Source: Spirochaetia bacterium
Lineage (GTDB): Bacteria > Spirochaetota > Spirochaetia > DSM-16054 > Sediminispirochaetaceae
Assembly (NCBI GenBank): GCA_034520965.1
Contig: JAXHMY010000001.1
Coordinates: forward strand, 1-64,000
DNA length: 64,000 nt
Direction of reading: 5' to 3'
Under the pieces are notes generated by a model. That model did not search any database, was not told the origin of the DNA, and saw nothing but the letters and a program-made list of their open reading frames with translations. Position numbers and translations under genes: made by a program. Shown one piece after another: positions 58,928 to 64,000 of the stretch. Each line of letters begins with the position of its first letter. The first letter of the stretch is position 1.

Positions 58928-61210
58928 TCAAATCAGGCCCAGTCTGCCTGCTTCCAAAATTGCCTGAGATCGGCGGATTACCCCCAGTTTGCCGTAGAGG
59001 TTATTGTTATGGCGTTTAACCGTGTTAAGAGCGATGAAGAGTTCATCGGCAATTTCCTGGTTCGATTTGCCTGCGCACATTAAACGCAACACATCGAGTT
59101 CGCGCTCACTTAACGGTTCGATTAATGGCTGGAACGACGGCTGCGCCGGCAAGGCTTTGCTGTTTAATAATTCCCGGTTCCGGGCAATTGCGTCATTCAG
59201 GAACCGGTTATTGATCGACAGGGCAATCTGTTCTGCTTTGCCCATCTCAGCATGCACCTGATCTGGTTTCCCCTGCAGGTGATGCAGACGCGCCGCAACA
59301 AGATAGCCCTGGGCCAGATAGTATGTGTGGCCGCTTTTTATGGCTGTTTCCAGGCCTTGATCGAGAAGTGTTTCTGCTTCTTCCCATGATTTTTTGGTGT
59401 ACAGAACATCCGCCAGGGCGAGTTTAATCAGACAAAAAGCAGGATAATTGGCATAAGCTGATTGTTCTGTCAGGGATAACTCGTGACGGCAGATCGCCTC
59501 GGCCTCTTCCATACGCCCTCTCGCAAGACAGATTCCTGCCCATTCCATCGTCGCGTGGGCGAGGGCCAAAATATTGCCACATCTGCGTGCGTGGGGACTG
59601 ACCCTGCTCAGGTAATCTGCTGCCCGATCCGGATCACCGGCCGCCACACAGGCATAGCCCAACTGTGAATAGCAGGCGGTGTAGCCCATATCGGCATACA
59701 AGGGACCGAGGGTTTCACCCAGCTCCGCGATTGCCGGCAAAAGTTGTTCAATCTCCCTGCTCGCCTCTGCAACATCTCCCCGATGACGCATGACAATGGC
59801 TTGCAACAAAACCACCTGATGCACAATTATGTTATACTCGGGATGATCCACCGGTAACTTCCCCTCTGTGACCATCTGTTCGAAGGCCTGCCTGATATCG
59901 TCGAGGTATAAAGCAATACGTTCATAATCACCTCGTATAAAGAGGGTCCAGCAATATGCCACCCCTAATGGCGGAGATTGACGAATTACATCGGCGGGTA
60001 TGGATTCGAGCCATTGCACCGCGGTGCCCACACGTCCTGTATGATAGACGCGCCGCCAGTTATCGGTCACAAGTCGGCTGACATACGTGTAATCGGGAAT
60101 AGCGAAGGCATGATACAGGGCATCTTCGGGATGATGATTATCCTGAAACCATTCCGCAGCGCGCCTGTGCAGAACCGGCACATCTTCGCCCCTGGTGCGT
60201 TTCAGATGGCTTTTAAGAAATTCCGCAAAAAGGTGATGATAGCGAAACCAGTAGTGCTCTTCATCCAGGGGTATCACAAAAAGATTGCGGCGGCGTAAAT
60301 CCTCCAGGACTGCCGCGCCCTTCGTTGACTCTGTTAGCGCATCGCACAAGGGTGGAGACATTCGCTGGAGTATGGAGGTTTCAAGCAGGAAATTCTGCAG
60401 TTCCTCCGGCTGGTGACACAGGACCTCTTCTACCAGATATTCCAGCACAAAATGCCGGCTGCCGGCGAAATCCTGAATAAACCCATGGGTGTCGGCAAGG
60501 CCCTGCATTGAAAGCGCGGCCAGTTTTAATCCGGCAATCCAGCCCTCAGTGCGTGTTTCGAGTGCCTTTACATCATCCTCCGTCAGCTCCAGGTTCATCA
60601 GATCATTCAGAAAGGACGAGGCGTCATCAAAATCGAACCGCAGATCAGAAACGCGCACTTCCGTCAGCTGCCCGCGCATCCGTAAACGGCCAAGCGGCAG
60701 AGGAGGGTCATTACGCGAAGCAATAACAATATGAAGGGATGGAGGAATATGCTCAAGCAGAAAGTTCATCCCTTCATGAATATCCGCATTGGAAAGCACA
60801 TGATAATCATCCAGCACGATAATAAGCCGTTGTTCACTTGCGGCCAGCTCATTAACCAGGACAGTGAGAAATAACTCGGTATCAAAATCCTGGGCCGACT
60901 CCGATAATTGCAGCACCGGCCGGCCCCACTGATTCGACACCTCCTGAAGGGCGCTTACAAAGTACCTCCAGAAACGAATCGGATTATTGTCGCGGTTGTC
61001 CAGGGAAAGCCAGGCCACCTGGTCCTGATGGGCTGTAATCCATTCGACAAGAAAAGTGGATTTGCCATACCCGGCGGGAGCGGAAACAAGGGTCAGGGCC
61101 TTTCCCGCCTTCAAACCTGCAGTCAATCGATCAAGAAGATGGGGACGATGAACGATATTGGCTGGAAGAGAAGGGATAAACAGTTTGGTCAGCAGGATAG
61201 AAGAGTCCAT
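58928..61210 (-). CDS. MalT-like STAND ATPase-LuxR transcriptional regulator
   Basis: APAGYGKST, LDDYH, TEGWIAGL, WFRYHHLF; C-terminal LSERELDVL..SNQEIADELFIALNTVKRH. Confidence 0.93.
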   Translation of the reverse strand: MDSSILLTKLFIPSLPANIVHRPHLLDRLTAGLKAGKALTLVSAPAGYGKSTFLVEWITAHQDQVAWLSLDNRDNNPIRFWRYFVSALQEVSNQWGRPVLQLSESAQDFDTELFLTVLVNELAASEQRLIIVLDDYHVLSNADIHEGMNFLLEHIPPSLHIVIASRNDPPLPLGRLRMRGQLTEVRVSDLRFDFDDASSFLNDLMNLELTEDDVKALETRTEGWIAGLKLAALSMQGLADTHGFIQDFAGSRHFVLEYLVEEVLCHQPEELQNFLLETSILQRMSPPLCDALTESTKGAAVLEDLRRRNLFVIPLDEEHYWFRYHHLFAEFLKSHLKRTRGEDVPVLHRRAAEWFQDNHHPEDALYHAFAIPDYTYVSRLVTDNWRRVYHTGRVGTAVQWLESIPADVIRQSPPLGVAYCWTLFIRGDYERIALYLDDIRQAFEQMVTEGKLPVDHPEYNIIVHQVVLLQAIVMRHRGDVAEASREIEQLLPAIAELGETLGPLYADMGYTACYSQLGYACVAAGDPDRAADYLSRVSPHARRCGNILALAHATMEWAGICLARGRMEEAEAICRHELSLTEQSAYANYPAFCLIKLALADVLYTKKSWEEAETLLDQGLETAIKSGHTYYLAQGYLVAARLHHLQGKPDQVHAEMGKAEQIALSINNRFLNDAIARNRELLNSKALPAQPSFQPLIEPLSERELDVLRLMCAGKSNQEIADELFIALNTVKRHNNNLYGKLGVIRRSQAILEAGRLGLI

Positions 61211-61407
61211 TTTAAATCCACCTTACCACAAAAAGGCTGGACGGGACAGATTTTTCTGGCTGGCAGTGTTTTTATTTACAGGTACCTGCAGGAACTCTGC
61301 AGAGAACTCATTTTCTTGAGGATGACATCATTTTTCATGCAATTTCCTCTGAAGCAGCTGCAGTCTGATCCGGTTGATCTGAGGAGCAAGGTCAGTCTGG
61401 TAATCCA

Positions 61408-61617
61408 TCATTTCAATAGCCTTATTGCCGGGGAACCGCTTCGGTAAAACCGGTATTCGGATTCATCCAGAGAAAATGAGTGCAACCGCTTCTCGTAAGC
61501 TCTCTTTTGCCTCTTCAATCGTCTCTCCCTGACCGTTTGCACCGGGAACCTCCGGACAAATTGCCCAGAAACCGCCCTCCGGAGCTTTCTCAATAATTGC
61601 CGTGAGCTCACCCTTCA
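61408..61617 (-). pseudogene. hicB: HicB-family antitoxin, second copy, disrupted 3' end
   Basis: First ~48 aa nearly identical to 40274-40531. Confidence 0.75.
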
Positions 61618-61723
61618 TATTTCTTCCCCCACTATCATTATAACAGTGAATTAGCTCGCTTGTCTCGATTGAAAACATCATTACGACATAGCAGAAAGCA
61701 CTAACAGGCACTCACACTGCACC

Positions 61724-61960
61724 AAGTTACAACAAAGTTACACCACTTTGTCGAAAAGTATATGATCTATATGATAAATCATCCCTTTTCCTAACCCAAT
61801 TCTGCATTATACACGACTAATATGTCCAATATAATAAAAAAAGCCTTCGAAGCCGTAGGTCGTCCGTTCGAGTCGGCGAGCGGCAGCGAGGGAAGGCGAA
61901 ACAGCTGCGTACCGGAGGACCTAAGGTCCGAGGGACGCAGCGATAATCCTGCTGGACGTC
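61724..61960 (+). repeat. att-like unit F with ~70-bp hairpin insertion in the tRNA T-loop
   Basis: GTTACAAC arms, TATATGA repeats, GCCTTCGAAGCCGTAGGTCGTCCGTTCGA..insert..AATCCTGCTGGACGT. Confidence 0.85.
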
Positions 61961-61988
61961 ATAACATCCTAAATGGTATATTAGACAT

Positions 61989-62130
61989 ATGCCTTCGGTA
62001 AAAGGGATATCGGGACCATATCGATTCTCTTAAGCACGAATCATGGATTTTCTCCTCACGAGCTTAACAAAATACGTAATTTAATTCGAAAAAACGAGAA
62101 GAAAATAGCGGAGGCTTGGCGTGAGCACTG
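61989..62130 (+). pseudogene. DUF4160-like remnant
   Basis: MPSVKGISGPYRF / HGFSPHELNKIRNLI..EAWREH with an internal deletion; upstream of DUF2442. Confidence 0.6.
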
Positions 62131-62387
62131 AGAATAATGTAGAGGCAAGAATAAAAAAAGCACGTATCACTGAGGACGAAATTATCGCCCATCTTGTAGA
62201 TGGCCGCACCATAAGTGTGCCCCTCACTTGGTCGTGGAGACTATCAGAAGCTACCGAAACACAGAGAAACAACTATGAGCTGATCGGTGACGGATTAGGG
62301 ATTCATTGGCCGGATGTAGACGAGGATATAAGCGCACGGGGAATGTTAATGGGCACTCCTGCAAAGCCCCCAAAGCAGAAGGTATAA
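62121..62387 (+). CDS. DUF2442-family protein (TA-associated)
   Basis: LVDGRTISVPLTWSWRLSEAT..GIHWPDVDEDIS. Confidence 0.85.
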   Translation: MSTENNVEARIKKARITEDEIIAHLVDGRTISVPLTWSWRLSEATETQRNNYELIGDGLGIHWPDVDEDISARGMLMGTPAKPPKQKV

Positions 62388-62409
62388 TTCCGCATTCTCA
62401 ATACGATCC

Positions 62410-62574
62410 AGACTCACATCGAGTTCACATCAATTTGTCAGGGCGTATATGAACTATATGAGGAATAACCTCTTTCCTAAACAAATTCTCTGTTATACAT
62501 GCCTAATATGTCTAATATAGTTAAAACATGGCCTTCTAAGCCGTAGGTCGCCCGTTCGAGTCAGGCTGGACGTA
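62410..62574 (+). repeat. att-like unit G (TCACATC arms) with tRNA-Arg 3' half (62528-62574)
   Basis: GACTCACATCGAGTTCACATCAATTTG..TATATGAACTATATGA..GGCCTTCTAAGCCGTAGGTCGCCCGTTCGAGTCAGGCTGGACGTA. Confidence 0.88.
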
Positions 62575-62845
62575 GAAATTCCACGCCGCATAATGCAGCA
62601 CTTCCACTTCTAACAGCAATTCGCAAAAGGGAACCTGTGGAAAGCGTGATCTTTCCCGGTTTCGTGTGGGACTGCGGCAAGGCATAGAGCGCCGGGAAAA
62701 CCAGTCAACCGACGTAAGGCATTGACTCGTTACCTCATCATACGCATGGTTCAGTTCCGTGGCGGTGGTTAGTCGTTACACGTGCCGGATTGTCCGGTTT
62801 GCTTACATTAGCTTTGCTTGGCGCACTCATATGGTAAGTCTCTAC

Positions 62846-63052
62846 CTATTTTTGCAGCTTAAGCAATTCCTCAGACAGGGAATCTATAGTATCACCTTTT
62901 AGCAGATTCTCCCTTTCTTTTGTGTAATCGCCGTAACCACGGCTGTATTGTTGCAGAAACTCTATTGCTACATCGGGACCCAATTCTCTGTTCAAAATCT
63001 GAAGACCAACCATCCTAATTTTTTCCGGGCTCATGCCTTGTGTATTTATCAT
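62846..63052 (-). CDS. Putative antitoxin partner of the PIN toxin
   Basis: GLQILNRELGP..FLQQYSRGYGDYTKER; overlaps the PIN gene. Confidence 0.75.
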   Translation of the reverse strand: MINTQGMSPEKIRMVGLQILNRELGPDVAIEFLQQYSRGYGDYTKERENLLKGDTIDSLSEELLKLQK

Positions 63053-63495
63053 TCAATTACCTCCTGAAGCCATGTGACGGGGTTTTCAACTCTGACTCGC
63101 AGCTTGTCTACATTTGCTTTGCTCTTCTTCATCAGCTTATCATCGACGGTTAGAAAAGCATCTACTTTTGCCTTTTCCGCACAGACAAGATGCAGGGCAT
63201 CCATAGCTTTAAAGCCAAGGGACTCAAGAACTCTTGCCCGTTCAATTTCCTTTTCTGTTGCGAATATCTTCTCTGAAAGTTCTGCCATAAAAGCAATGAC
63301 GCTGTCTCTTTTTTCAATGTCCGTAGTTCTGTTGATTTCAAGATCAAGAACGCTGCTCCCAATCCAGATAACATCACCAAGCCTTATATGCTTCAAGATA
63401 TATCTTACAGCCTCTGACTCAAGGTGAATGCGTTCCTGCTCCTGATCGTCGAAGGGTCTGTTTAAACAGCATACATCCAGATAAACTCTTTTCAT
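63049..63495 (-). CDS. PIN-domain (VapC-like) toxin
   Basis: VYLDVCCLNRPFDD, DALHLVCA, FLTVDDKL. Confidence 0.88.
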   Translation of the reverse strand: MKRVYLDVCCLNRPFDDQEQERIHLESEAVRYILKHIRLGDVIWIGSSVLDLEINRTTDIEKRDSVIAFMAELSEKIFATEKEIERARVLESLGFKAMDALHLVCAEKAKVDAFLTVDDKLMKKSKANVDKLRVRVENPVTWLQEVIE

Positions 63496-63699
63496 AGGGT
63501 GACCCTATTTTACTGTAGCACCCCTTGTTCGTCTACCTTCTCTATGTGAGTGTTTTCTATTAATACACAGTTTGGCCATTTCCTGTCAATCGAGCCTGCT
63601 TCGGGGCTTCTACAGATCCTGGACCTCACCGGACGAGATCAACCGGGAGTGGTTTTTTTGAGAACAGCTTTTAGGGGACCTGGGTACAGATCGTTCTTC

Positions 63700-63804
63700 C
63701 TTCTCGGGGACTTCAAAGAGTTCTTGAAGTTATTGAACGAAGCTGATGCCCAGTATCTCCTGATTGGCGGTTATGCGGTGGGCTATTACGCCAATTCGTA
63801 TTGA
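63700..63804 (+). pseudogene. Nucleotidyltransferase N-terminal fragment
   Basis: DFKEFLKLLNEADAQYLLIGGYAV, then truncated. Confidence 0.55.
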
Positions 63805-64000
63805 AGTTCTTACTGAAAATAGATGGTGTAGATTTTTCCGAATGCTACAAAATAGCCAGGGCTTTTTTCAGAATCAACAGCAGTAAAATGAGTGCCGAGA
63901 ATGCTGAATAAAAATTAAGAGGATGATTTTCTGAAGTCACGATAAAAGTTTTCATGCGTTCCAAGGGCCAACAAAGTCAAGGTAATGGTTTGCTCTTCAT

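Noticed and set aside
34366..61447. Numerous antisense or overlapping ORFs in GC-rich blocks (e.g. 34366-34998, 46438-47313, 56157-57017, 57951-58850)
   Set aside because: Shadows of well-supported genes on the opposite strand, with no motifs of their own.

Overview
An accessory (island) region, probably from a spirochaete-like anaerobe; this host call is inferred from the integrase and exported-protein types. The left ~29 kb is AT-rich and full of frameshifts, most likely uncorrected long-read indels. It carries an HNH nuclease, a Dam-like methylase and a defence cluster: type I R-M with two near-identical TRDs in HsdS, two HEPN-like ORFs, and a CBASS operon (CD-NTase, Cap2, Cap3, NucC). A DUF6573-ssb-radC-PD-(D/E)XK module and several exported proteins follow. 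From 29 to 62.6 kb the window is punctuated by at least six or seven related direct-repeat units of up to ~240 bp. Each has tandem 11-bp arm-like repeats and TATATGA repeats, and most end in the 3' half of tRNA-Arg(UCU). A broken tyrosine integrase lies next to the first unit. The units delimit cargo blocks: TA modules, a secretin-Rhs-immunity operon, a kaiC-kaiB-PAS kinase-B12 sensor operon interrupted by an IS110, and an ABC transporter/MalT-like regulator block. Together this looks like a tRNA-anchored, integron-like cassette array. Also present are an IS3 element, an IS110 with a readable candidate bridge RNA, and a 141-bp double-hairpin MITE. No intact tRNA, rRNA or CRISPR array was found.
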